The translations under genes and the position numbers were made by a program. The notes below the pieces were generated by a model that searched no databases, had not been told where the DNA came from, and saw only the letters and a program-made list of their open reading frames with translations. From Vezdaea acicularis (Eukaryota), in the NCBI GenBank assembly GCA_026025075.1, contig JAPEUI010000001.1, positions 124,001 through 188,000 of the forward strand: 64,000 nucleotides of DNA, given 5' to 3'. Below, in pieces: positions 23,370-35,362 of this stretch; position 1 is the stretch's first letter, and each line of letters starts with the position of its first letter.

Positions 23370-26300
23370 TCAAGATTTATGCCTCTTGTTACTACCACCT
23401 GTGCTACTGGTGTTCCTCCTCTTTTTGCCCTCAGCCCTCCAATAGTCATCCCTCTCTCGTTTTTCTCTCCCTTCTCTCTTCTCCTCATTCTCGGCAACTT
23501 TCTTCCGATATACCTTTCGTCTCTCTTCCTGTGCAGTCCGACGCTTCTCGACCTTCGCGTTGCGAAGCGTCATCAATTTCTGCATGAGATCTCGGGCTTT
23601 CTTCTCTTCGCCTCCCACGACCACTGCGCGTTTCTGCATGTACGTCTGCTTACGTTGTGGTTTCATTTGTGCAATTTGGGACTTGAATGGCAAGTCGGTT
23701 GCGAGTTGCCGTGGGACCCTGAGAGGGTTGAAATGGCGCGTCTGCCGCTCGATCTCCCTGTACTTCGAATTCTTCTGCGACGGAGTCTCGATTCCTTCCG
23801 CCCGCCGTACTTCGCCTGTAAGCCTCATGCCCTGCCAACTAGCTGATTCGCCCGACTTTCCGTGTTCAGGCACTTCTAATAGGTTCGTGACGGGGTTATA
23901 GAACTTGTGGGGTCGTACAGGATACCATGCTCGAAGAAAGATGATGTCGCTCATCAAGACCTTGTCCTCAAATGTAGCCCGGAAATGCCCCTCAGGTTTA
24001 CTCAAGGCACGCTTAATCTGACCTCGAATGCCTGATACCGTTCTGATGCTCGCCCCTTCGAATTTTGCGATCTCGAGTGCCGTGCTGAACATGTCCTTAA
24101 CGAAGACAGTGTTGCGGAAGATTTTGTAAGGATGTCCAGTTAGCTTAAGCTTCTTGACGATCTCTGTGCTTTCATCAACGTTGAGGACGACCCCAGTGGC
24201 AGAAATTCTGAAGCCCCGATTCTGATTCGAGAATGATTGAACACAGCAAAAGCCCGTGTTCGGCGCTATCAGGGGTCCATAGAAAGTCCCGAAACAATGC
24301 ATATGCTCTGGAGTGTACTTCAACATACGGTTCCTCGTCCTCGAATCGGAGATACTGTATATCGGCATCGTCTGAAACCGCCGCCATCCAAGGGAGAAGA
24401 TCAAGGGGTCATTGGTCTTCAGGATCTTCTTATGCCACCTGTGCCGCTTGATGCGCACTTGAACGAAACCGAATCGGTCTTCTGTAGGCGTCAGACCCCC
24501 AACGAGGACCGGAAAACGTGGATTGAATCCCGTGATAAATTCGCAAGGGACAGCTTCCAACACGATGCGAGCGTAAGTGCCAGCCTTGAAGCCTTCAACT
24601 CGGACCCTTGATTGTTCATCGAGCTGGTCGAACTCATTGCGATTGATGGCCAATTGCTTTTGAATCTGCGCCTTTTGCGCGTCATACCAATCATCCTCTC
24701 CAAATTGCTCTTCAGCCTCTCCGCCGTTCTCTTTCCTAGAATTCGCCTTATCGTTGTTGAATCCTTCACGATCTTCTTCTTCGAATCTTAATTTAAGCTC
24801 CTCCTTTTTCCGAGCATTCTTCTCTCGCTCAGCCTCTAGACTAGTTTCCTCGTCTACTACTACGGCATCGTTCTGAGGACCTTCAGCCTCTAAATCCTCA
24901 AAGACTCCATCGCCTTCGTCGTCTTCATCCATGTCATCATCGCTAAGCTCGTGATCGTCCTCACCTGCATCTCGCGCCTTCCTTCTAGAGAGATTCGCAG
25001 AGGCGAATCGACTCCGAAGTGCCTCTATATTGTCTTCCTGAGACCACTTTTTCTCTAGCTCCTCGTAATTGTATGCCGGTATGAGCCGGTCTTCACTTAA
25101 GATATCCTGCTCTTCATGGCCTGCTTTTTTGAAGAACTCGTCCTCTTCATCAGAATTGGCCTCTCCGTTCCGCTCCTCTCCTTCGCGCGAACGTCCTTCC
25201 CATCTCTTCAGGACTTCAGCTGGTGTTAAGGACTCGTCGTACATCATTCGAGCTAGATCTACTATTCGATGGTGCGGTTGGGAAGCATGTAGACGTTTGG
25301 CATTCTCAGAAAGGTTTTGTTTCCATCTTAATGTACCGTCATCCTCGGAACCCGAGAAGTCTTCCTCGGCGAGGTCTCCGTCTTCAAGCTCTTGATCTTC
25401 AACTGGAGAAACTGAACCGAGATCAGAGTCACTGTCGAAAAATCTGTAATCTTCTTTTGTCTGATCCGGTTCGATGCCTTTGTTGTCTTTCGAGTTGAGT
25501 CCCAAATATTCTGGTACTGGTCCATTATCAAAGGCGTCGGCGTCCTCGCCATCATCCTCATCGTCATTCTCCAATTCCTTGTCTTCGTCAAGGTCAGAGT
25601 CCTCATTTCTCTCTAGGAAACGTGCATTCCTCGGCTGGCGACGACCCAAGTCATTGTTGTTGTCCTCATCCCCAGGTCGGTGCAAAGTGTCGCCTCCGCT
25701 AAACAGCCTTACTCCCTCGTCCGCTTGACCGAGAACACGCCCACGTCCTTGTAGACCAATAACCATAGATTCCCCAAGGCCCTTTTCGTCCCCTTCATCA
25801 TTCGTATCGGCATTAAAGTTGGAACTCCGCACATCAATGTAAACTGCGTCTTTGTCTACTAATACACCACCCACGTCCGACATCGGTGCAAACAACAGCT
25901 TTTGCTTCTCGCCTAACCTCTGCCTCTTAGACTTGCCAGTTGCTTTGGCTATCGCTTGATCCATGAAAGGAGTTGGACACGGATCTGGCAGACTTTCGAT
26001 CATTGAGACCGTCAGATCTCCCACTCCAGGTACGTGAACTCGAGCGCCCTGGGCTGGGAAGTTCGTACCTCGTAGATATCCATATAGCGCTACCGTTCGG
26101 TCGCATTTTGGATCTTCCTCGATTGCCGTCGGAGGGGTGAGATCTAATATACGGTCTGCTAGGCAGTAGGGATGCGAGTTTCGCCAGACTAGTGGTCGAG
26201 GATTCTTCATAACGGAGATAAAGCGCGAGATATTGTGAATTTCCCGATCTGGATACCGCCCATTAATGATGCCAGACAAATAGAATAGCTTCGCCCCCTG

Positions 26301-27050
26301 GTATAACTCGCTCCAAAATCTATGCTTCAGCCTCTTCTTAGCTTCACGCAGTGTGTTCGGTTTTCGAAAAAAATCCAGATGTGTAAGGATCCCGAAGATA
26401 TTCCCTGGCATTCCACTTGCTGAAAGGACGTTGAGAAATTCCATTGTCTCCATCTCGAAGCCGAAGTTTCCATCGATCATTAGTAGCACGATGTCTGCTA
26501 TCTTCGAAATATCTATCATACTGGCTAGCGAGTCTGCGGGACATTCTATGAAGGTCAACCGTCGGCGCTTTGAAGCTACGACTGTGAGTGGACCGGCTGG
26601 AGACGAGAGGTTATGTTTTGTGTAGCGTTTGATTAGTGATTTAATGAGAGTGGTTTTGCCGACCTGCATAAAGCTGTCAAGAGGCCGCTCAAATTGAAAG
26701 TAGGAGAGACCTTACGCCTGGTGGTCCTACGACCGCAACGACGACGGGCGGCGCCTCCTCGGGTATCCTGTCCACCAGAGGGACGTGAAGTCGCTTCTCC
26801 TTGACCTGTGCATGCTATCAGTGTCCCAAAAGCCACTCAGTATGCCAAGGAATTGATTTTGCATACATCATGAGATCGCGCCGCCTGCTTCTGCAATCGC
26901 CCCGGATTTGCATAAGTGAAAGCTTTCGGGTTCGGACCTGTCGATGTTAGTTTTAGTAACCAGGAATATAGAATACGCTTGACACAAACCTCCGGTGTTT
27001 TTCTTCTTTTCTTTGGACTTCCGATGAGGCCTGTTGGCTTGATCCTCCAT
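23370..27050 (-). CDS. BMS1: Ribosome biogenesis GTPase Bms1
   Basis: [10 protein letters not shown]...PNPKAF...[12 protein letters not shown]...[16 protein letters not shown] (three introns between about 26665 and 26990), [53 protein letters not shown]. Confidence 0.97.
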
Positions 27051-27553
27051 CAGAGCGGGGTCAAGGCAATTGTGTAGAGAGCTTGAAGCTAGGAATTTTT
27101 CCCTTTGGACGCGGCCCAGTGGCGCCAAGATTTCGCGGCTTCGGCAAGTGCCGAGGCAACTGGCAGATGCGTTCGCTCCCCCAAATCAATCGCTCTACTC
27201 GAGTCCACTCCCTTGCAATGCGGGAATGTAACAACTACAGGACCTCACACGACTAAGTGCTTCTCCATTTCTCTTGAGCTTCATGATAACTTCAAGGATC
27301 TCTCAGTGTATGCTTTTGGCAGCTTGGCAGAATGTGTGGGTGTAGAAGTAAACTCAAAGCACTGATTAGGGCTAGCTATGGACGTGCAGTCGAATGCTGT
27401 TCATCGACTACCAACCACGTCAGAAAATCTTACGGTCACGTTTCCGCACGTGATATCTGTAGCTTTCCACGTTACGCTTGATCTGAACAATCACGACTCT
27501 GGGAGCTGTGGTGACGGGCTAAGTGGTGGGAGGGGCAAGGGGTGCGGATTGCA

Positions 27554-27858
27554 TAGCTGTCTCAAATAGGAAATTATGACTCCAGGTGAACACCAACCAG
27601 GACGCAAAAAGTGAAGTATCACGTGGCTACACGTGGCCTTTCGTATTATGCGTTCGAAGTTGCGCTCGACGGAGCCTGACTGAAAAGATTACACTTGATC
27701 TGAACGATCTTGCGGCTTGTTCTAGCTGTCCCAAATAGGAAATTATGACTCCAGTTGAACACCAACTAAGACGCAAAAAGTGGAGCATCACGTGGCGGCA
27801 CGTGGCGGCACGTGGCATTTCATTTATGTGTTCGAAGTTGCGCTCGACGGAATCTGAC
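27554..27858. repeat. Direct duplication (about 127-136 bp copies, period 169) containing CACGTG arrays
   Basis: Copy A 27554-27680 and copy B 27723-27858 share tagctgtc.caaataggaaattatgactccag.tgaacaccaac...gttcgaagttgcgctcgacgga..ctgac. Confidence 0.93.
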
Positions 27859-28123
27859 GGCGCTTCAAGGCGCGGGCTCAGACCGGCGAACGAACGTAGT
27901 GAAGTATTGCATACGTTCCAATGGACTTTATCCTCACAGGAGAAGCTTTCTCAACACCAACCCACGATAATGAAGAATTTTGGGTAATGATATAGTTCCT
28001 GTTCCGCTCGTCGACCGTGACGAGAACTGTGCTTGAGCACCAGCCTGTGGTATCAATCCTCTAGAAGCAGACATATATGCAACAAAAGTCCTCCAAACCA
28101 TGCCATCCCTGAAGCCGCAAGCC

Positions 28124-31100
28124 CTACTCCTCCTCATCTTCCCATCCACCGTGCGAGACCAACCAGTCCGCAACGCGCTCCTTGACGTCCAGGAGCTCTT
28201 CTCCCAACGCCTCCTTCCACTGATCCTCCACCGTGCGCACCTTCTCCTTTAGGTCGTCGGTTAGCCTTCTTTCCTCATCGCGGCGTACGTCCCGCATCTC
28301 GCTGTCAACGACGGCAAAGTCTTCGCCGGCGAGATAGCGCTGTGTCTCCATAAGGCGGCAGTTCGCCGCCGTGACGCCGCTCTTGACCTCGTGAAGCAGA
28401 CACAAGAGATTCGTCTGCGCCTCGATGAATTGATACGTCGACCGCTCAGAATGGTCTAGCAGCGAATGCAGATATTGCATAGGATGTTCATGGTACGACG
28501 GATTCTCCTCGTACTCATCTGCCGGTATCTGAATCTCGAAGCCGTCGAGGTCGTTGGGTATTCGGTGGAGGATTTTCAAGAGTCCTGGGGCGATATCCCA
28601 GAAAGCCGAGAGTTGGATTTCGACGCCGCGCACCACGTTCTCCTCGATAATCTCCATGAACTCTTCCGTCCGTCGCAAGGTACCTTTCTCGTAGGCGATC
28701 TTCTGGTCTTGGTGGTCTTTCTGGAAGAATTCTTCCGCTTCCCGTGCTTTCTCCTCGTTGCCTAGGAGGCGGTAGGGTTGAACGACCATTGCTTTGTATC
28801 GATCGTTACGATCACCAAGGAGGTCGTAGACCTCTTTGTGCAGCTGTTCTCGAGCTTCAAAGAGCCATTTAAGTAGGGTGAGTTTTTCGAGTAGTTCTGG
28901 CTGCTCGTCGCCTTGCTCTTGTGTCGAGTTCGGGTTGCTTTCCTGTGCATCGACGAACAAGTTGCTCCGTAGCTCTTCGATACACTGCGTCGCCCTGTCT
29001 ATCCGCTCTGTCAGAACAGAATGAACCGGCTTCACGACTTCTGTCTGTAGCTGGTTGAATTCCGCCTGGTTCCGAGCCTTCTTCTTCTCGTTTTCCTCGG
29101 CTTCTTCGTTAGACTCGAGTTTTCCGGCTTCGGTGTAGGACATGGTGCCGGCCTCAATCTGCCGCTGAATGTCCTTTCGGATGAAGCTCCTCCGTTTTTG
29201 GGAATTGTCCTCGGCTTTCTCCCGAGCCTCGTCGATGCTGGCAATGTACTTCTCCTTGATAGCCGTGATCTCTGTGAAATCGCTAACGGCACGCACGACG
29301 GCCCTTATGGATGTGAGATCTGGGTGGTTATTGTTGACTGCCGGATAATGCCGAGGGTACGGTGGCGGAAGAGTAACGAGGCGAGAGACATCCAATTTTC
29401 GAGGATCTGGCGTGACTGGAGTAAAGGGTGCAGGCGAGTATGGGTTATGTGGTGGGGGCGGTGGTAATCGCTCGTGCCAGCCCGTCTTCTCTGGCGGGTA
29501 CTCATTGGGCCCGTAGGCATTGCTATTATTCGAGGTCCCTCCAATGGAAGCGGTTGGTGTGCCTGATCCATCCCACTGCATGGACTCTCTTAGCTCTCTT
29601 GGTAGCCCCATGTATTTCGACTCTCGTTTCGACCGTTCAAGGCCCCGCCCTACGCCGCCTCCGTAGACAGAGCCGTCGTTGCTCGCTTCCCACCATCTGC
29701 TGGGTGGGCGGCCTCGTGAGCTCAGCTCATCGGGAGCTTCACTCACGTCCATACTCGGGATTGGCGATAATGACGGCATGTAGCCACCAATCCAGGGAGC
29801 GTCATGGCCCTGACTACTGCTTGCGCCGCTTCCTGCGCTCGAAGGGGAGTCTCCTTCCGGTTTGGGCCGAGAGGAGGTGCCGGCAGATTGACGAGCAGCT
29901 GCGTTGAGAGAGCCTCGGTGTGAATTTGGGCTCGGTGGTGGCCAGTCAGAACCGCCCGACCCGCTTGATGGAGTCGCGACTTCGGATCTCCGAGCGCTGT
30001 TATATGGCCTGAAAAGATCCCGAGTTAACTCGAGAATCTCGGACCCCATCGCATCAATGGCTCCGGCGTATCGCTCTCTCCTCATCCTCGACTCGTTCAC
30101 GATGAAATCGGCGAATATTTGGACACGCTGCTTGTCGCTCTTAGCGGCTGCCTCTCGTTCAGCAAAGGCATTATGCCGTAGTATCGCGGCATCCATGAAA
30201 TCATCTCGTCCGTTGTCGCGCTTCGCACTTGTATTACTTATTCGAGGAGAAGGCTTCTCGCTCGGAGGACGAACAGCAAGAGAAGATGCACTTCGGCCAT
30301 CATTGAAAGGACGAGGGGATGTGCCCGAAAGACCTCGGTTGGCAAGGCCAGTGGTGCCATTTGTCACGACGCCAGCTGACCGGGGTGTTGGTATGGAATT
30401 TTCGCCGTTCGTGTGACTATGAGCAGAACCAGGACGAGGTGTATAAGTTGCAGCAGAATCAACCGTCAGCACAGATTTCGCGCTCCCAATGGGTGCATCC
30501 GGACTAGTGATACTCCTTGCGCTCCTCGGTGTAGATTTTGTGATGGCAGGTCTCCTAGCTAGACCCGTAGGCGATGGCAAAACTAGATCTGCGGGCTTGA
30601 CTTCCGCATCTGATGGCCACGGGTTGTTGGTTACACTGATCGTTGCCTGCGGCTCTACAGCCCGACCTTTGCCGGAACGACTCTCATTCCTTCTTTCCCG
30701 GATGCCTTTGTCGTGTCGAGTCTTTGATCGCGCCATTCGCCCGTCCCCGAGTCCTTGCTCTACAAGCATAGCATCTCGGTCGTAACCGACTGTTGGTGCC
30801 GCTGTGGCTGGAAACTCATCACGATTTCGAGGTGAGGAATTGTTGATCGCAGCCTCTACATCCAACTGTAAGCCCTCTCTCTGGTTGCTGCTTGAGCCGA
30901 CCTGAGGTTGAGGCTCTTCGTCGACCCAGTCGGCGGGGGTTGGAGGTACTGGAGGCAAGCTCGACTGGTTCCTTCCTGTTGTTGGCGGCCTCCGCGTCGG
31001 GGGTGCGGTCGCGGTCGGCATGGAATAATTTCGTGAGACTTCTGCTGTTCTATTCAGACTCTGAGACCGACTACCGGCAGGCGGTGGCCCTGGTGGCGGC

Positions 31101-32238
31101 GGCGGCGGTGGTAACGGCATTCCTGGCGCCCAGCGCGCAGCTGAGGCCAATTGACCATCATCAGGCCTAGCTCGTGCAGCTGGAGCTCCTCCGAACCCTA
31201 TCGTCCCGGTGGATGCAGCTCTGCGGGCGGCGGGTGGTCGAGCTTGCTCTGCCCCGTCATTGACAAAGTTGCTGCTTGCAAACCCTCTCGAGCCACTCGT
31301 GTTGGAAGGGCCAGGTTCAGTCGGGGGCACTGCTCCGAAGTTTGCTTGTGTGATCGGTTGGTTTCTTGACCGCGAAGTCAAGTTAGAAAGACTGAAAATC
31401 GGTTGAGTCCTGCTCCTAGAACCCGAGCGAGCGCGTCGTCCAGATGAGTTTGGGGGTGGGGGGAAGGCATAGGTGGCATCCTGAGAGGGCGTCGAGGTAT
31501 TTGGCTGAGGGCTTGGACTGTTCATAGGGACTGGGCTTTGCAGGTATGAAGATTGCGTGGCGAAAGGTGGGGCACCCCGGCCGGTGGTATTGAAGCCCGA
31601 AGGATCAGGCTGACTCGGGGCACCTTGTGGTGAGGGTTCCGGTTGATTTTGAGGCGAAGGCGTCTGTTGGTCAGGATGCGGCCGTCGTGGGGAATATGGA
31701 GGAGGAGGAGCCACTAATGATCACAGACGTCAGACATTCCACTCGCCGTTCGAGCTGTATTTAAAGCAAGTAGGGGCTGGCCACAAGGGCTCAGATGGAC
31801 ACAATTGATGAGTCGAGCTTGGTGGGGCATGTGCCTGAGAGGAAGGGGCAATGCTGGGAGAAAGGGAAACATACCATCCGACGGTGAGACTGGCCTTGCT
31901 GACCCCGTTGTGAATGATCCATGAGGGACATATGGAACGGCTGGCGTGGGAGTGTTTGAAGGCGCACTCCACTGCTGTGGATTGTAGGGAACGCTCTGAA
32001 TTGCACTTCGCGGAGTAGGAGACGCGTACGCCTGGGCCCCTCCAGGAGTGAATGGCTGATGATATCCTGTGAACGGGCTGCTCATCGAAACGGCCGTCAG
32101 AGGCGTCGGCGCCGCCAAGGATGGTCCTCGGCGCTGAAGGTCGGCCACCGACGTCGACAGCGGTGGTGGTTGCATATCATGATGCCGTCGTTGAGCAGCG
32201 ACGCTCGAATATGCGCCTGGCGGCGGTGCGAAGTTCAT
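28124..32238 (-). CDS. Large hypothetical protein (Pro/Ser-rich disordered N-terminus, helical/coiled-coil C-terminus)
   Basis: Exon 32238-31875, intron 31714-31874 (GTATGT...CTGAC...TAG), then a 1196-codon open frame. Blocks SRGRPPSRWWE, LDVSRLVTLPPPYPRHYPAVNNNHPDL and EQGDEQPELLEKLTLLKWLFE look conserved. Confidence 0.88.
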
Positions 32239-34931
32239 CGTTCTCTGGCCGATACCTGCTGGATGCCTGCTCGCCGGCGAGGGTCTCCGAAGAGAGCGGA
32301 GCGGAGAGGAGGACGCCGCCTTCTACCCTTTCTCCTAGCATCAAGCTGGAGCTGCGTCGCAAGGTCGCGCAAGCCAGCGTTAGCAGTACGGGAAGAAGGG
32401 GACAACCGCGGCAAAAGTAGTCGCGGCGATGTCTCTTCGAAAGAGACGGTGGCAGCAGAGATCACCAGAGGGAGCGACGACGGTGCAATTGAATGGAATG
32501 GTGGCCGAGGGAGGGATGGAGGTGTGTCTACTTTTAGCGGAGAGAGGCTAGTCTGGATGCGATAGTGGTGGTTCGAGGGGGGGAGGTCCTGGGCGAGATG
32601 GAGAAAGTCCGGACGACTAGCAAGGGCGGGCTAGAGCCCCCTCGGCCTAGCGGCAGCCACGGCAGAGAGTTTTCCCTTCTACCCGCGTTGGAGACGGTCC
32701 GGCGCTGTGATGTTGGATACTGGAGAGGCTTTCCACGTCCGCACGTCCGAGATAGACGCCCGAACAAGCTTTCGAAGGCCGGCGCGCAGGTGCAGAGGAG
32801 CAGGAGCAGAAGCACGTCTGGCAAGAGGCTCGCGCGGCGATGGCTTGTCGCCCGTCCGGCCACGGGCGACGGGACTGGCTGCTCCCCTCCAGCTCCTGTG
32901 CGGGCCCAGGAGGCTGCAGCTCCCGTCACACCTTCGCGGCCGGGTCGTGCATCCCAGACTTAGCTCGAACGAGCTCGAGCGCGGTATCGACGAGAGGGCG
33001 ACGTTATTTTTGACGTTCTCTTCCCTGAGCGCAAATCGCAATCCGCGGCGACGGGCGACGCTGATTGCAGCCGACCGAAGTCGATAGGGTCGATGCGCGT
33101 GGGACGGGGCCGGGGGGTGCGCTGCGTGGCTGGCGCGGCGGGCGAATAGGAGCGCGTCTAGTCCGCCATCGACCGGGGGCTGGCGCTTAGTAGTGCGGCT
33201 TGGCGGATGCGTGCCACCCCAAGCGATTCCAAGCGAACGACCAACCTGCCGGGAAAGCTCCACGGCCGGCTCTTTGGGGCTGCTCGCGGTCGAACGGCTT
33301 ACCTCCGTACTATCAATAGAGACCGACCCGCGTCTTCTTTTCGTGATCCCTAATAGTGTAGTCCAAGACATTCAACACGATTCAGAAAAGCAATAGCTGG
33401 TACGTCGGATAAGTTGATAGAGTTGGTGTGTATTTATGTCTCCCAACCCCGGGCCGAGCAATTTTACTCCTCCTCGTGGGTCGGGATTAATCGGACTGAA
33501 CTCCTTTCGGCCTGGCTCAGTATAGCATAAGACTTGATGAATGAGAGCCACGGAAAGACCGACTAATCATCTGGTCCTGTCGGTGTAACCGAGCACGTCT
33601 CTTGACGTGCTCGAATCTGTTGGTGCTGGCACAGTTGCCTGCTTAGGATCAAGGAACCAACATTATCCATGCAGACCTCGAGGTTGTCGATGAGGCTGAC
33701 AGCAACAAATGGGGAGCCTCGATGGTCGTCGGGGAATTCTCGTATGGTGTTGTGTCGTAATGTCGGAGGTGGATCCACTTTGAGAGACAATTCCCCTTAA
33801 TTAGTTCACATGCGCAGTCAGCGTCGCTTCCCGTTCGAACTTGCTCAGGGTCTGCCCTCTCTCCATCCGTCCGAGCGAGTCAAAATAGAGAGCAGTCATC
33901 TCCGGTGGGGAAATAAGACTTGACTATCTAATGAGCTGGGCGCTCTCACATCTCCGTGAGGCGACGGGGGACATTTCTTATTCTCCTCTCACTTCCATCC
34001 TCAGCCTCGGTTGAGACATTGTGGCACCTGAATGTTGGTAGATCAGATCATCTTGGCTATCATTCTCATCTCTCTGCCTCGAATTTGATATCGATCTAAA
34101 GTTACATCGCGTTGTGCTGGAGAGATGAACTCCTGCCTGGCTAGAATTTGCATTCGTCTATAAGTTAGTTGGTTGCCGTCATGGCCTTTTGATGCCCATG
34201 CAAAAGGCCTCACGATCACCTGCGTGTTATTTCTGGCCTTTTGCTAATTATGCAGAGTTTGAAGTACGCACATCCCTGATGTCATAGCGCGCAGTGAGCG
34301 AAATGCTTCCAAGAAATTTCTTTCAATACTTGCGGTCGACTTAGTTCCTTTCCAAAGAGTACAGGCCTTCCGAACAGGAATGGTGGAGTTCTCATGGTTG
34401 CCCCTGAACCTGAAAGCGAAGAATCAACATGCACGACAGATGATAAGACACTAGTGTAGAATACTACAGGTGTAGCGGCAGCCTTGTCGGCCGAAAACTC
34501 GCTGCAGATTCTGGGCCGAATCTATTATCAACACACCATTCATGGTCGTTCTTTAACTGTGGGGGTCTCAGTTGTATTGGCATGGCTGTGATCTTGTAGC
34601 CTTACCAAAATTCTGCTCGGAGCTTACCACCTCGATCTGCACATGCCGTCATTGGCTGCGTTGTAAGAAAGACGGTCCTTGAGAAATCGTTCTATGTATG
34701 TAAACACTGCTGCAGATCTCGTTCTAGATCTAGACTGACTGAAGAACAGAATGCACAAGAATTCCGTCAAACCTCCAACATCAATATACATGAAGAGACC
34801 TCATCCATTTCCCTTGCGCCAATCACAACATAATGTTCCCATCATCGCACATCAACGTTCCCTCCACCCAAGCACTGTTACACAAAGGTCAAATGGCTTT
34901 TGTACCGTTCAACTGTACAAATTACAGGCGC

Positions 34932-35362
34932 TTAATACGATCTTCGATTGTTGGGAGGCGACGGTGGAGCCGAAATGACACGCAGTTGTTGAAGGGCGAC
35001 CTCAGCTGCGTCTTCTTTGGCGTTGTTGACGTACTGGCCATCGTACCAGTATCGAGCCGCAATATTCTGACCATTGATGGTCACAGTACTGGACCAGGCT
35101 GTTCGACCTCCTGAGGCTCGATTAGTTCCGTACCCGGAAGGAGCTATGATTGGAGCAAGAGCGAACCTCTCCTATCTGATACAATATTCCAGACCGGGGC
35201 ATGCATCCGCGAGTCTCGGCAATGATCTGTTCCCCCTGGTCAGCATCATCTATTTTTTATGGGTACGGTCTCGTAGCATAGCATCAACATACCTTGAAGC
35301 TTCTCCTGCCACGTGAGGGCGCGTCCCATTGAGTTGGAGGACGATGACATGGGGCTGGACAT
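34932..35362 (-). CDS. Small stand-alone double-stranded RNA-binding domain (dsRBD-like) protein, 102 aa, 3 exons
   Basis: Exons 35362-35293, 35226-35167 and 35110-34932. Introns GTATGT..GCTGAC..CAG and GTTCGC..ACTAAT..CAG preserve frame. Product MSSPMSSSSNSMGRALTWQEKLQDHCRDSRMHAPVWNIVSDRRGGRTAWSSTVTINGQNIAARYWYDGQYVNNAKEDAAEVALQQLRVISAPPSPPNNRRSY fits the alpha-beta-beta-beta-alpha dsRBD pattern. Confidence 0.85.

Noticed and set aside
27620..27665. tRNA or Pol III A-box/B-box (tggc..gtgg and gttcgaa)
   Set aside because: The spacing is only about 15 nt and no cloverleaf can be drawn.
27679..27702. U2 snRNA-like string on the minus strand (agatcaagtgta-atc-ttttcagt)
   Set aside because: It lacks the GUAGUA branch-recognition sequence and the flanks do not match U2, so it is likely chance or a tiny relic.
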